Position numbers and translations under genes: made by a program
The notes under the pieces: model-generated
What the model saw: only the letters and a program-made list of their open reading frames with translations
Databases searched by the model: none
What the model was told of the DNA's origin: nothing
Shown: positions 28,568 through 39,099 of the stretch, piece by piece
Layout of the letters: each line of letters opens with the position of its first letter
Position numbering within the stretch: the first letter of the stretch is position 1
Source: Hymenobacter sp.
GTDB taxonomy: Bacteria; Bacteroidota; Bacteroidia; Cytophagales; Hymenobacteraceae
Assembly: GCA_025354605.1 (NCBI GenBank)
Contig: JANXMN010000276.1
Coordinates: forward strand, 1-53,618
DNA length: 53,618 nucleotides
Direction of reading: 5' to 3'

Positions 28568-29977
28568 TCACTTCCGCCGGTATAGCCCCGGCGTACTCGT
28601 TGGCTGGTACGGGCCGAAAATGGCGGGTAGCAGTTGCTGCAAGCGCGGCACGAGGCGGCTTTGGTCGTACAGGTAGGTTGGTGGGACGGAGCCCATTTTC
28701 TGGGCTACGCGCACCACGGCAGCGTATTCGTTGAGGTGGCCGAAGTCGGCTTGCGAGAGGGTCCAGTCGAGGTAGGGCGTGGCGGGGCGGGTGTAGAAGT
28801 AGGGGCGCTCGTCGGGGCCGAGCACCAGGAGAGTCTGGTCGCGCAGCGCGGCGAAACGCGGGTCGGGCTCGACGCCGAAGCGGCTTTCGGCGGGCATGTG
28901 CAGCAGGCTTTCGAGGCGCGGGATATAGGCCCGGTAGCGCAGCACCCCCGTCACGTTGAGCAGCAGCAGCAGCACCAGCTCCAGCCACCAGAACTGCCGG
29001 TCGCGCTGCCACAGAAACAGGCTGAAGTAGGCCATCGGGGCCAGCAGCAGCACCAGCACGCCGGGCGCGGCCCCGTGCTCGACAGCAGCGGCCGCCCCGG
29101 CCACGACCAGCCACACCAGCATCATTTGCCGGAACTTCACTTGGAACACCAAGCCCAGCGAGGTGCCCAGCGCCCGCACCAGGCCGGCCAGCAGCACCAG
29201 CACCGGCACAATGAGCAGGCGCATTTGCAGCCCCGCCGGCAGCCCGCTCGAAATCAAGTCGCTTAAGCCGGCCCGCAGGTGCATTTCCCAGAACGCGGGC
29301 AGGGCATCCTCATAAAAGAGAAAAGTAGCCACCATAGCGTACGGAAACAGAAACCCACACAGCAGCAGCAGCGAGCTGCGGAACGAGCTGGCCGCGAAAA
29401 TCACCACCGCAAACAAACCCACCACGATGAACAAGCCCAGCGGCAGGTAGCACAGCGCCCCTAGCCCAATCAGAAACCCGGCCCGGAATAGCCGGCGGTT
29501 GTCGTAACCCTCGCGCGAAGTAGGCAGCAGCGCGCTCAGGGCAAACACGATGAAGGTGTGGCCGAGCAGCAGTGGCGAGAGCGCATCCAAATCGGTGCTG
29601 ATACTGCCCACCAGCAGGTAGGTGAGTGCCGTGACATAGCCGCGGTCAGGGTGCACGTCGTAGCGGGCAAACACCAAGTTGAGGCGCAGGGCCTGAATGA
29701 GTAGCAGGCTGAGCGCACCCAGCCGGTAGAGCCACACGGGGCGGGCCAACACGGCATCGAGCGCACCGAAGAAGGCCGCTGCCAGCGGGGCGGTACCGTT
29801 GTAGAGGTCGCGGTAGGGCAACGCCCCGCCGTGCAGGCGCTCGCCCACCAGCAGCGCGCGCAGTTCCTCGGCCGTGAGGGGCAGGCCCAGCCACAGCAGC
29901 GGCAGGCGCAGGGCCAGCACCAGCAACAGCAGCGCGATTATCTGCGCGGGCAACGAGCTTTTGAAAAAGCGTAACAA
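28568..29977 (-). CDS. Polytopic membrane protein, possibly GT-C-fold glycosyltransferase-like
   Basis: About 10 hydrophobic segments; loop GALPYRDLYNGTAPL after the first helix; TTG start. Confidence 0.65.
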   Translation of the reverse strand: MLRFFKSSLPAQIIALLLLVLALRLPLLWLGLPLTAEELRALLVGERLHGGALPYRDLYNGTAPLAAAFFGALDAVLARPVWLYRLGALSLLLIQALRLNLVFARYDVHPDRGYVTALTYLLVGSISTDLDALSPLLLGHTFIVFALSALLPTSREGYDNRRLFRAGFLIGLGALCYLPLGLFIVVGLFAVVIFAASSFRSSLLLLCGFLFPYAMVATFLFYEDALPAFWEMHLRAGLSDLISSGLPAGLQMRLLIVPVLVLLAGLVRALGTSLGLVFQVKFRQMMLVWLVVAGAAAAVEHGAAPGVLVLLLAPMAYFSLFLWQRDRQFWWLELVLLLLLNVTGVLRYRAYIPRLESLLHMPAESRFGVEPDPRFAALRDQTLLVLGPDERPYFYTRPATPYLDWTLSQADFGHLNEYAAVVRVAQKMGSVPPTYLYDQSRLVPRLQQLLPAIFGPYQPTSTPGLYRRK

Positions 29978-29982
29978 ACGGG

Positions 29983-30080
29983 TTTCTGGTTGCTGATTTC
30001 TGGTTTCTGGTTGTAAAGATGGCTCCTTGTAAATAGCCGCCCACTATAACAACGATAAACCAGCAACGAGAAACCAGCAA
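29983..30080. repeat. Inverted pair of heptamer tandem arrays
   Basis: TTTCTGG-type x4 (29983-30010) facing CCAGCAA-type x4 (30053-80). Confidence 0.8.
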
Positions 30081-30089
30081 CTGGAATCT

Positions 30090-30097
30090 TACCTTTG
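30090..30097 (+). promoter_or_regulatory. Bacteroidota -7 promoter box
   Basis: TACCTTTG about 10 bp before the rbfA ATG. Confidence 0.6.
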
Positions 30098-30106
30098 CCG
30101 GTCATT

Positions 30107-30529
30107 ATGGAAAGTAAACGACAACAGAAAATGGCCAGCCTGCTGCAGCAGGAACTGGCTGCCGTGCTTCAGCGCGATTTGCCGCACCTATTTGGCGGTG
30201 GCATGGCTCCCGGCATCAGCACGGTGAAGGTGACGCCCGACCTGGGCCAGGCCCGCGTGTACCTGAGCCTGCTGCTCGGCGGCGACGCCGAAGCCCGCCT
30301 GGCCATCATCAAGGACAACGGCAAGGAAATCCGTCACGCGCTGGCCAAGCGCATTCGCAAAACGGCCCGCGTGGTACCCGAGCTGGTTTTCTTCCACGAC
30401 GACAGCGCCGCCTACGCCGCCCACATGGATGAAATCCTCGGCACGCTCGTCATCCCGCCCGCGCCGAAGGACGAGGCTCCGGAAGAAGACGACAAGCCGG
30501 CCCGCCCGCGCTTATTCAAGAGTGAATGA
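30107..30529 (+). CDS. rbfA: Ribosome-binding factor A
   Basis: MESKRQQK, VKVTPDLGQARVYLS, RVVPELVFFHDDS. Confidence 0.95.
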   Translation: MESKRQQKMASLLQQELAAVLQRDLPHLFGGGMAPGISTVKVTPDLGQARVYLSLLLGGDAEARLAIIKDNGKEIRHALAKRIRKTARVVPELVFFHDDSAAYAAHMDEILGTLVIPPAPKDEAPEEDDKPARPRLFKSE

Positions 30530-30616
30530 GTGCATGGGTGAGTGGGTGAATAAAAATTCGGTCCCTCGCCCGTTCGTTGCTTGCATTCACTCATTCACCC
30601 ATTCGCTCATTCACCC
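30520..30616. repeat. Inverted pair of octamer tandem arrays
   Basis: GRGTGAAT-type x4 (30520-51) facing ATTCACYC-type x4 (30585-616). Confidence 0.85.
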
Positions 30617-30617
30617 A

Positions 30618-31427
30618 TTGTACTACGACCCCATTAAAAAGACGCTCGGCCAGGTATTCAACCGCACGCCTTGGCTGCGCCGGCTGTTTTATCATCTGCT
30701 CGATTTGCTGCTGCTGCGCACCTGGCACGTACACCGCGAACTGCGCCAGTGGGCGCGGGGCCGCACTCAGGAACCGCTCACCATTCTCGATGCCGGCTCG
30801 GGCTACGGCCAGTACACCTACTGGCTGAGCGGCCTGAGCGCCAAATGGAATATCCTGGCCGTGGATGTGAAGGAGGAGCAGGTGGCCGACTCCAATAACT
30901 TTTTCCGCCAGATTGGCCGCCGCAACGTGCAGTTTGCCGTGCAGGACCTCGTGCTTTACCAGGAGCCCAATACCTTCGACCTGGCCCTGTCGGTTGATGT
31001 AATGGAGCACATTCTGGAAGACGTGGAGGTGTTTCGTAACATCCACGCCTCGCTCAAGGACGGCGGCATGCTGCTGATTTCGACCCCCAGCGACCAGGGC
31101 GGCTCCGACGTGCACGACGACGGTGCCACCAGCTTCATCGAGGAGCACGTGCGCGACGGCTACAACATCCGCGAGATTCAGCAGAAGCTGAGCACCGCCG
31201 GCTTCGAGCGCATCGAGGCCCGCTACAGCTACGGCGAGCCGGGCCAGATTTCCTGGCGGCTGAGCATGAAATACCCCATTCTGATGCTGGGCCAGTCGCG
31301 CCTGTTTTTCCTGCTGCTGCCCTTCTACTACCTGCTCACGTTCCCGCTATGCCTGCTGCTGAACTGGCTCGACGCGCGCACCGTGCACGACTCGGGCACC
31401 GGCCTCATCGTGAAGGCCTGGAAATAA
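30618..31427 (+). CDS. Class I SAM-dependent methyltransferase
   Basis: ILDAGSGYGQY, VDVMEHI, LKDGGMLLISTP; TTG start chosen just after the repeat array. Confidence 0.9.
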   Translation: MYYDPIKKTLGQVFNRTPWLRRLFYHLLDLLLLRTWHVHRELRQWARGRTQEPLTILDAGSGYGQYTYWLSGLSAKWNILAVDVKEEQVADSNNFFRQIGRRNVQFAVQDLVLYQEPNTFDLALSVDVMEHILEDVEVFRNIHASLKDGGMLLISTPSDQGGSDVHDDGATSFIEEHVRDGYNIREIQQKLSTAGFERIEARYSYGEPGQISWRLSMKYPILMLGQSRLFFLLLPFYYLLTFPLCLLLNWLDARTVHDSGTGLIVKAWK

Positions 31428-31624
31428 GCAGCCATTAGCCATTGGCGGGCGAACTGCGTATCTTGGCCCTGTTCCAGCCCTAATCCCTGCCTATGTGCCC
31501 TACCTCTCTATTTCTTGCTTTGACTACTTGGGAGCATGAGAGGCGCCTAAAGCGGCTGGAAAAGTGGATGCATCGCCTGCAATCAGCCGCTTAGCGATTT
31601 TGTAATCCTGCTCCCGCTCCCCTC

Positions 31625-32857
31625 GTGAACGTTCCTTTTCTCATTGCCCGGCGTTACTTCCGCTCGAAGAATAAGCGCAACATCATCACCATCATCTCCA
31701 ACATTTCGATGATTGGCGTGGCGGTGGGCACGGCCGCGCTCATCATCGTGCTGTCGGTGTTCAACGGGCTCGAAGATTTGGTGCGCACGCTCTACGGCAA
31801 GTCGGACCCCAACCTGGTGATTTCGGCCGCCAAGGGCAAAGCCTTCGTGGTGGATGCCCCGCTGCTGGGCAAGTTGCAGAACACGCCCGGCGTGGCCCTG
31901 CTCACGCAGGTGATTGAGGACAACGCCCTGCTGCAATACCACGACCGCCAGATGGTAGTGAAGATGCGCGGCCTGAGCGACAACTACTTCGGCCAGAGCC
32001 AGATTGACGCCAACATCCGCGAGGGCGACCACCGCCTGCACCGCGACAGCCTCGACATTGCCTTGGTGGGCGCGGGCGTGCAGCACGAGCTCAGCATCAC
32101 GCTCAACAACCGGCTGGCTCCGCTCAAGCTCCTGTATCCGCGCAACATTGCCGGCCGCAAAACCCTGAGCATGAACCCCGAAAATGCCTTCAACCAGCAG
32201 GCGCTGATTGCCGGCGGCGTGTTCCTTATCGAGCAGCACATCGACGACAGCTACATTTTCGTGCCGCTGTCGTTCGCCCAGCAGCTGCTGGGCTACGGCG
32301 CGCGCCGCACCGCTCTCTACGTGAAGGTGGGCCAGAGCTTCGAGATTGAACAGGTGAAGAAGGAGCTGCGCCAGCGCCTGGGGCCGGCCTTCAAAGTGCG
32401 GGACTCCGACGAGCAGCACGTGAGCCTGTTCAAAGCCATCAAGGTGGAGAAGCTGTTCGTATTCATCACCTTCACGCTCATCCTGCTCATCGCCTCGCTC
32501 AATATTTTCTTCTCGCTCTCGATGCTGGTTATCGACAAGAAGAAGGACATTGCCGTGCTGCTGGCCATGGGGGCCAACCGGCTGGCTGTGCGCCATACCT
32601 TCCTCTACGTGGGGGCTATTGTGGCACTGGTGGGAGCCGCCGTGGGCTTGGTCACGGGGGTATCGCTGTGCTGGCTGCAGCAGCGCTTCGGGCTGGTGAG
32701 CATGGGCATGGCCACGAGCGTGGTCGAGTCGTACCCCGTGAAAATGAAGCTATCGGACCTGGTATTCACCTGCCTTTCCATCGTGGTCATTACCCTGGCC
32801 GTGAGCATCCGCCCGGCGCTGAACGCAGGCGAGCTCGACGTGCGCGAGAACCTATAG
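31625..32857 (+). CDS. LolC/E (FtsX-like) ABC transporter permease
   Basis: IARRYFRSK...VGTAALIIVLSVFNG; KKKDIAVLLAMGA; 4-TM layout. Confidence 0.9.
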   Translation: MNVPFLIARRYFRSKNKRNIITIISNISMIGVAVGTAALIIVLSVFNGLEDLVRTLYGKSDPNLVISAAKGKAFVVDAPLLGKLQNTPGVALLTQVIEDNALLQYHDRQMVVKMRGLSDNYFGQSQIDANIREGDHRLHRDSLDIALVGAGVQHELSITLNNRLAPLKLLYPRNIAGRKTLSMNPENAFNQQALIAGGVFLIEQHIDDSYIFVPLSFAQQLLGYGARRTALYVKVGQSFEIEQVKKELRQRLGPAFKVRDSDEQHVSLFKAIKVEKLFVFITFTLILLIASLNIFFSLSMLVIDKKKDIAVLLAMGANRLAVRHTFLYVGAIVALVGAAVGLVTGVSLCWLQQRFGLVSMGMATSVVESYPVKMKLSDLVFTCLSIVVITLAVSIRPALNAGELDVRENL

Positions 32858-32980
32858 GAGCTGGCTGGCCGTGGCTATTATCAAGCCAATCCAGCGGAAG
32901 AATTCTGAAAAAAACCCTGATTTTATAGGCGGATTTCCCGGCCTGGCATTACCTTGCGCATTCCGCGAGCGTGCCCGGCT

Positions 32981-35959
32981 ATGAAAGTATCTACTGCTGA
33001 ACCTTTCCAAATCGTTTATTCGCTGTTCGAGCACGAGTGTCTCGGCCACTTGTTCGCAGCCTTCGTGGTGCAGCTCGGGCCGCGCGGGCAACTCACGCTG
33101 CTGCACCAGACGGTATCAGGCAAAAACGTGCATGAGTTTAGCACCGGCCTCGATGAGACTGACTTTGAGCTGGTCGCCCTCTGCGACCAGTTGCAGCAGG
33201 AAGCGGTGGTGAAGGAGTTCTGGCCCCGCAAGATTGCCACGGCCGAGTTTTTCCTAAAAACCTACCACCCCGACAAGGGCGACAAGCCCATGCAGGAAGC
33301 CATTGCCCGGCACGTGCAGACCCGCATGGCCGCTGTGCTACCCCGCCTGGCTGGCAAGTACGTGTTTGTGATGGGCCGCGACGGCGAGCCGACCTGGAAA
33401 GAAATCGGGCTGGCCCCGGCCAAGGCCTCCATTTTGTTTCACTTTCGCCGCAACGAAGAGGGCACCCATTACTTCCCTACCATTCAGTACCAGGGGCAAA
33501 AGCTCGATTTTCAATACAAAGATGCCGTGCTGGTGTGCCTGCAGCCGGCCTGGCTGCTACTCGGCGACCTGCTCTACACCTTCCGCACCGAGGTGGATGG
33601 GCGCAAGCTGCTGCCGTTTCTCAAGAAGAAGTTCATTGTGGTGCCCCGGCAGGTGGAGGAGAGCTACTTCCAGAAGTTCGTGGCTCCGCTCATGGAGGCT
33701 TTTGAGGTGCATGCCCGGGGCTTCGACATCCGCTCGGAGCGGTTTGTGGCCCGGCCGCGCCTCACCTTCAGCGATACCCTGCCCGCCCTACCCCTGCCCG
33801 AAGCCCCGGTGCGCCCGCTGGGGCCGCCCCGCCGGGGCCGCATTCCGCAGCCCAAGCCCCTGGCCCCGGTGCTCAGCGGCCCCGAAACCGAGCAGATTCA
33901 TTTCGAGCTCAGCTTCCGCTACGGCCCGCACCTCATGCCCCTGGGCACCAGCAAGCCGGTAAGCGTGCACCTCGAAAAAACGGCCGACAGCTACGTGTTC
34001 CACCGCCTGCTGCGCAACCCCGAGCAGGAGCAGGCCACCGTGGAAGAGCTGCGCGCCCGGCAACTGCGCGTAGAGAACGGCCAGCTGACGATGCCCAAGA
34101 GCGAGGCCTTCCGCTGGCTGCACGACAACACGCCGGCCCTCACCGAGCTGGGCTACACCGTGGAAGCGGCGGCCAGCACGACCAAAAACTATTTCATTGG
34201 GCCGACTTCGGTGCAGGTCGGCATCCAGGAAGCGGGCGACTGGTTCGACGTGCGCGGTACGGTGCGCTTCGGCGACATTGAAGTGCCGTTTATTCGGCTG
34301 CGGGGGCACATTCTGCAGCGCCGCCGCGAGTTCAAGCTGCCCAACGGCCAGATTGCCATCATTCCCGAAGAGTGGTTTACTGATTACCTAGAGCTGTTTG
34401 CCTTCGGCGAGGAAACGGCCGATGGCCTGAACCTGCGCCGCCACCACCTGGCCCTGGTGGCCGACCTGCAAAGCAACGAGCTGGCCACCGTGCGCATGGG
34501 CCGCAAGCTGGCCAAGCTGCGCGACTTCGCCGAAGTGGAAGACCACCCCCTGCCTGCTGGCTTCCTGGGTGAGCTGCGCCCTTACCAGAAGGCTGGCTAC
34601 AATTGGCTGCGCTTTGTGCAGGACTACCAGTTTGGCGGCTGCCTGGCCGACGACATGGGCCTGGGCAAGACCGTGATGACGCTGAGCATGCTGCAGCAGC
34701 GCCACGAAAGCGGGGCCAACCACGGCGCGGCCTCGCTACTGGTACTACCCACGTCGCTGGTGTATAACTGGCAGAGCGAGGCGGCCAAGTTCACGCCCGG
34801 CCTGCGCGTGCTGGCCTACACCGGCACCTACCGCGACAAAAACGCCGACCGCTTCGCCGACTACGACGTGGTGCTGACCAGCTACGGCATCGTGCGCCTC
34901 GATACCGAGCTGCTGGCCAGCTACCAGTTCGACTACGTGATTCTGGACGAGTCGCAGGCCATCAAAAACCCCAGTTCTACCACCTCGCAAGCGGTGCGGC
35001 AGCTGCGTTCGCGGCACCGTCTCATCCTCACGGGCACGCCGGTCGAGAACAGCACCATGGACTTGTGGTCGCAGATGTCCTTCATCAACCCCGGGCTGCT
35101 GGGCACGCAGGCATTTTTCCGCAAGGAATTCCTCAAGCCCATCGAGAAGCACCAGGACGAAGGACGCACTCGCCGCCTGCATGCCCTCATCAAGCCGTTT
35201 ATTCTGCGCCGCCACAAAGCCCAGGTGGCCAAGGAGTTGCCCGCCAAAACCGAGCAGCTCAGCTACTGCCCCATGACCGAGGAGCAGGCCCATGCCTACG
35301 AGGAAACCAAGAGCTTCTACCGCAACAAAATCCTCCAGAACCTCGACGAGCACGGCCCGGCCAGCACGCAGTTCCTGCTGTTGCAGGGCCTGACCCGCCT
35401 GCGCCAGATTGCCAACCACCCCCGCCTGGCCGACGAGCACTACACCGGCGAGTCGGGCAAGATGCGGGAAGTGCTGCGCATGCTGCGCAACGTAGTGGCC
35501 GAGGGTCACAAAGTTTTAGTTTTCAGCCAGTTTGTTCAGCATCTATCTCTGGTTCGCGCCGCCCTCGACGAGCGCCAGATGCCCTACGCCTACCTCGATG
35601 GAGCTACCCGCGACCGCAATGGTGAGGTGACCCGCTTCCAGGAAGACGAGAGCCTGAAAATTTTCCTCATCAGCCTGAAGGCCGGTGGCGTGGGCTTGAA
35701 CCTGACCGCCGCCGACTACGTGTTTCTGCTCGACCCCTGGTGGAACCCCGCTGTGGAGGCCCAGGCCGTCGACCGGGCCCACCGCATTGGGCAGCAGCGG
35801 CCGGTGTTCACCTACAAGTTCATCACCCAGCACACGGTGGAGGAGAAAATTCTGGCCCTGCAGCGCCGCAAGCTGGCCCTCGTGAACGAGCTAATCGCCA
35901 CCGACGAGGCGGTAATGAAGCACCTCACCCGCGCCGATATCGAAGAGCTGCTGAGCTGA
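32981..35959 (+). CDS. SNF2-family (SF2) helicase/ATPase
   Basis: [52 protein letters not shown]. Confidence 0.95.
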   Translation: MKVSTAEPFQIVYSLFEHECLGHLFAAFVVQLGPRGQLTLLHQTVSGKNVHEFSTGLDETDFELVALCDQLQQEAVVKEFWPRKIATAEFFLKTYHPDKGDKPMQEAIARHVQTRMAAVLPRLAGKYVFVMGRDGEPTWKEIGLAPAKASILFHFRRNEEGTHYFPTIQYQGQKLDFQYKDAVLVCLQPAWLLLGDLLYTFRTEVDGRKLLPFLKKKFIVVPRQVEESYFQKFVAPLMEAFEVHARGFDIRSERFVARPRLTFSDTLPALPLPEAPVRPLGPPRRGRIPQPKPLAPVLSGPETEQIHFELSFRYGPHLMPLGTSKPVSVHLEKTADSYVFHRLLRNPEQEQATVEELRARQLRVENGQLTMPKSEAFRWLHDNTPALTELGYTVEAAASTTKNYFIGPTSVQVGIQEAGDWFDVRGTVRFGDIEVPFIRLRGHILQRRREFKLPNGQIAIIPEEWFTDYLELFAFGEETADGLNLRRHHLALVADLQSNELATVRMGRKLAKLRDFAEVEDHPLPAGFLGELRPYQKAGYNWLRFVQDYQFGGCLADDMGLGKTVMTLSMLQQRHESGANHGAASLLVLPTSLVYNWQSEAAKFTPGLRVLAYTGTYRDKNADRFADYDVVLTSYGIVRLDTELLASYQFDYVILDESQAIKNPSSTTSQAVRQLRSRHRLILTGTPVENSTMDLWSQMSFINPGLLGTQAFFRKEFLKPIEKHQDEGRTRRLHALIKPFILRRHKAQVAKELPAKTEQLSYCPMTEEQAHAYEETKSFYRNKILQNLDEHGPASTQFLLLQGLTRLRQIANHPRLADEHYTGESGKMREVLRMLRNVVAEGHKVLVFSQFVQHLSLVRAALDERQMPYAYLDGATRDRNGEVTRFQEDESLKIFLISLKAGGVGLNLTAADYVFLLDPWWNPAVEAQAVDRAHRIGQQRPVFTYKFITQHTVEEKILALQRRKLALVNELIATDEAVMKHLTRADIEELLS

Positions 35960-36114
35960 CGCGGCCTATTTCCCAGCACCGTGTACCCGCCCCCGTTTGT
36001 TACCGCTGCATTTTGCCGGTTCGAAGCGGGGGCTTTGCATAGCCTGCCAGCGCTAGTCACGCCTGCACGAGTCAATTATTTAGTTTAATTATTTTTGCAT
36101 TTAATTGAAATAAA

Positions 36115-36136
36115 CCTTACGTTTGCCTTACGTTTG
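36115..36136 (+). promoter_or_regulatory. Tandem duplicated -7-like box upstream of csgE
   Basis: CCTTACGTTTG x2, each containing TAnnTTTG, downstream of an AT-rich tract. Confidence 0.5.
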
Positions 36137-36214
36137 TGTGCTGTCCGGAGTCATTCCTTCCCTTGCTCTAAGCGGTTTCTCTTCTTCACCCGACGACGCA
36201 TACCCAGCTACACC

Positions 36215-36796
36215 ATGCTCCTGGCACGTACCATTTGGCGGTTGATGCGCAAGGCTGGCTGGGCGCTGGCGCTGCTGGCCGGGCCGTTGCTGGCCAGTGC
36301 CGCCGCGCTGGGCCAAGCGCGCGGCCAGCAAGCGGTGCCCGCCACTCCGACAGCGGCCCCTACGGGCCAGCCCGCGCCCCTGGCACCCGCCAAGCTCGAA
36401 GAAGCCCTGCGCCTGCTGCTCAAAGCCGATTCGGCCGCCACACTCCGCGCCCGCCAGGAAGGCGGCCTCGAATCGCAGGGCTTGGTGCTCGACCAAGCCA
36501 TTACCAAGCTCGGGCACGACTTTTACGACGAGTTCTACAGCAAATTCGAGGAGCCGATGGGCGCGTCGAGTTACACCATCGTGATTGGTGAAAAACCCGG
36601 CCGGTCCAATTCCAACCTCGTGCTGCTCACGGTGAACGACGCTGAGCTGCTGGAGCTGCCGCTGCCCACCCGCGCCGACCAGATGCAGGAAGTGGTGGCC
36701 GCCGCCGTGCAAACCGCCCAGGGCTACCTGCAGGAAGAGCTCAACAACAGCCGCCAGCTCGAATCGGGCCAGCGCCTACCCCCCGAAAGATATTAA
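36215..36796 (+). CDS. csgE: Curli assembly protein CsgE-like
   Basis: Signal peptide; GLVLDQAITKLGHDFYDEFY; precedes csgF and csgG. Confidence 0.85.
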   Translation: MLLARTIWRLMRKAGWALALLAGPLLASAAALGQARGQQAVPATPTAAPTGQPAPLAPAKLEEALRLLLKADSAATLRARQEGGLESQGLVLDQAITKLGHDFYDEFYSKFEEPMGASSYTIVIGEKPGRSNSNLVLLTVNDAELLELPLPTRADQMQEVVAAAVQTAQGYLQEELNNSRQLESGQRLPPERY

Positions 36797-36921
36797 GTTG
36801 TTTGGCCTGGTACCATTCGCTGACTAACAATGGGCCGCGAACGACTGACAACCCACTTCCTATTGAACTACTACTAATAAGCTGCCCCTTGCGGCTTGCC
36901 ACTCATCTTTTTTCTGCACGC

Positions 36922-37341
36922 ATGAAATCTTTCCTTACGTTTTTCGCAGTATTGCTGCCGCTGCTGCTGGCCCGCCCGGCCCAGGCCCAGGACTTCACTT
37001 ACCAGCCCAAAAACCCGGCTTTTGGGGGCGGCAACCCTTTCAACGCCTCGTGGCTACAGGCGTCGGCCACGGCCCAGAACGGCTACACCGCCCCGGCGAA
37101 AACCGCCGGCGCCGTCGACCCCCTGGCGCAGTTCGCCTCCAACCTCAACCAGCAGGTGCTCTCGCAACTCACCAGCCGCCTCATCACGGCGCAGTTCGGC
37201 AGCGGCGCCATCAAGCCCGGCACATACAACGTGGGCGGCTACCAGGTGCAGGTGTCGCAGGGCTCGTCCGGTGTCGTGATTGTGGTGACCGACACGGGCA
37301 CCGGTAACCAAACCACGGTCACTATTCCTAACGGGCTGTAG
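36922..37341 (+). CDS. csgF: Curli assembly protein CsgF
   Basis: Signal peptide, then FTYQPKNPAFGGGNPFNASWL..SATAQN. Confidence 0.92.
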   Translation: MKSFLTFFAVLLPLLLARPAQAQDFTYQPKNPAFGGGNPFNASWLQASATAQNGYTAPAKTAGAVDPLAQFASNLNQQVLSQLTSRLITAQFGSGAIKPGTYNVGGYQVQVSQGSSGVVIVVTDTGTGNQTTVTIPNGL

Positions 37342-37396
37342 CACGGGCCCGCTGGCTGGCGGGGCCGGCCCATTTTCTTTTCTTCCTTTTTCTGCG

Positions 37397-38860
37397 ATGA
37401 TTTCCTGTAACCGCTTCTGGCAGGGCTTGGCACTGCTGCTCGTCCTGCCGGCCTGTACCCCGTACCTGCACCAGCACATGCTGGCCACCCAGCCGGCCCG
37501 CCTCGGGGCCGAAGTGGGGGCCAACGCGCACTGGCGCACGCTGCCACTGCCCAAAACCAGGTCAGTAGTGGCCGTGTACAAGTTCCGCGACCAAACCGGT
37601 CAGTACAAGCCCCAGGAAAACGGGTCGAGCTTTTCGACGGCGGTGACGCAGGGCGGCACCACCATTTTGCTGCGGGCCCTGGAAGAATCGGGCTGGTTCG
37701 AGCCCATCGAGCGCGAAAACCTGGGCAACCTGCTCAACGAGCGCAAAATCATTCGCTCTACCCGCGAGGAATACGCTGCCCAAACCGGCAAGAAGCAGCC
37801 GCCGCTGGCGCCACTGCTTTTCGCCGGCATCATCCTGGAAGGCGGCATCGTGTCCTACGACTCCAACATCCTCACCGGCGGGGCCGGCCTGCGCTACTTC
37901 GGAGCCGGAGCCTCGGGCCAGTACCGGCAAGACCGCGTGACGGTGTACCTGCGGGCCATCAGCACCAACTCGGGCAAAATTTTCAAGACCGTTTACACGT
38001 CCAAAACCATCTTGTCGCAACAAGTTGATGCCAGCCTGTTCCGCTTCGTCGATTTTCAGCGCCTGCTCGAAACCGAAACCGGCTTCACCTATAATGAGCC
38101 CAGCGAAATGGCCGTGAAGGAAGCCATCGAAAAAGCCGTGGTCGCGCTCATCTACGAAGGCTTCAGCGAGCGCCTGTGGGCCCCGCGCGACTCGACCGAG
38201 TACACCGGGCCCGGCATGCAGAACTACTTATATGAGAAAAGCGCCAACCTGGGCGTCGACGTGCTGGGCCGCGACCTGAAGCTGCGCCGTACGGCGGTGG
38301 CAGTGGGCGGCAGCGCCTCGGTGCAGCGTTACGAAGGCGACTATGGCACCGGCCTGCGCCGGCCGGGCGGCGAGCTCAACCTGCGCGTGCAGGTGAACCC
38401 GGCCACGAGCATATTAGCCAACGTGGGCCGCGGGCAACTGGCAGCCGGACCGAACGGCGCCCTGTTCAACCAAACCTTCAACTACGCCGAAACCGGCTTA
38501 CTCTACCGGCTGCTGCCCTACGACCGCCTCACGCCCTACGCCCTGGCGGGCGGCGGCATTACCACCCGCGCCCCCACGTTTGCCAGCAGCAGCGGGCTAC
38601 TGCCACACGTTGTGTTTGGCGTGGGCGCCGAGTTGCTGCTTAAGCCCAAGTTCGGCATCAGCGCGGGCATCGACAACCACTACTTCCTCACCGACCAACT
38701 CGACCAAGTGAAGGCCGGCCGCTACAACGACAATTACTGGAGCGGCCGCATCGGTGCGGTGTTCTACCTGGGCAAAACGGCCGAAACAAAAGCCTACGAA
38801 AAGGCCAACCCACAACCGGCCCAGGAAGCGCCCAAGTCCGTGAAAAAAAGCAAAAAATAG
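37397..38860 (+). CDS. csgG: Curli secretion channel CsgG with C-terminal beta-barrel-like extension
   Basis: Lipobox LPAC; VAVYKFRDQTGQYKP...FSTAVTQG, WFEPIERENL.NLLNERKIIR, YRQDRVTVYLR; about 190 extra residues of amphipathic beta strands. Confidence 0.93.
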   Translation: MISCNRFWQGLALLLVLPACTPYLHQHMLATQPARLGAEVGANAHWRTLPLPKTRSVVAVYKFRDQTGQYKPQENGSSFSTAVTQGGTTILLRALEESGWFEPIERENLGNLLNERKIIRSTREEYAAQTGKKQPPLAPLLFAGIILEGGIVSYDSNILTGGAGLRYFGAGASGQYRQDRVTVYLRAISTNSGKIFKTVYTSKTILSQQVDASLFRFVDFQRLLETETGFTYNEPSEMAVKEAIEKAVVALIYEGFSERLWAPRDSTEYTGPGMQNYLYEKSANLGVDVLGRDLKLRRTAVAVGGSASVQRYEGDYGTGLRRPGGELNLRVQVNPATSILANVGRGQLAAGPNGALFNQTFNYAETGLLYRLLPYDRLTPYALAGGGITTRAPTFASSSGLLPHVVFGVGAELLLKPKFGISAGIDNHYFLTDQLDQVKAGRYNDNYWSGRIGAVFYLGKTAETKAYEKANPQPAQEAPKSVKKSKK

Positions 38861-39007
38861 CGCCGGCTAAATAGTCGACCTAAACAGGCAAAAATTTATT
38901 TCATAAATTTTCTTGCTAAAACACTCATTTTTTGACGCTTTGGGATTAAATCTATAATTTTTAGAAAAATATTTTTACCTTGCTATTGACATTCTCATTT
39001 TTAATAG

Positions 39008-39015
39008 TACCTTTG
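39008..39015 (+). promoter_or_regulatory. Bacteroidota -7 box of an internal promoter for the curlin genes
   Basis: TACCTTTG within a very AT-rich 240-bp intergenic region. Confidence 0.6.
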
Positions 39016-39099
39016 AAATGTTCTTCCGGAAAGAGCAAGCCCAACCTCCATTCTTCACCCCTCATTTTTCCCACTTACTTTTTTCCCACTTACCTTATC

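Noticed and set aside
31493-31594. 33-codon ORF (MCPTSLFLALTTWEHERRLKRLEKWMHRLQSAA) upstream of the LolE-like gene
   Set aside because: Too short, with no recognisable motif; cannot be supported as a gene or leader peptide.
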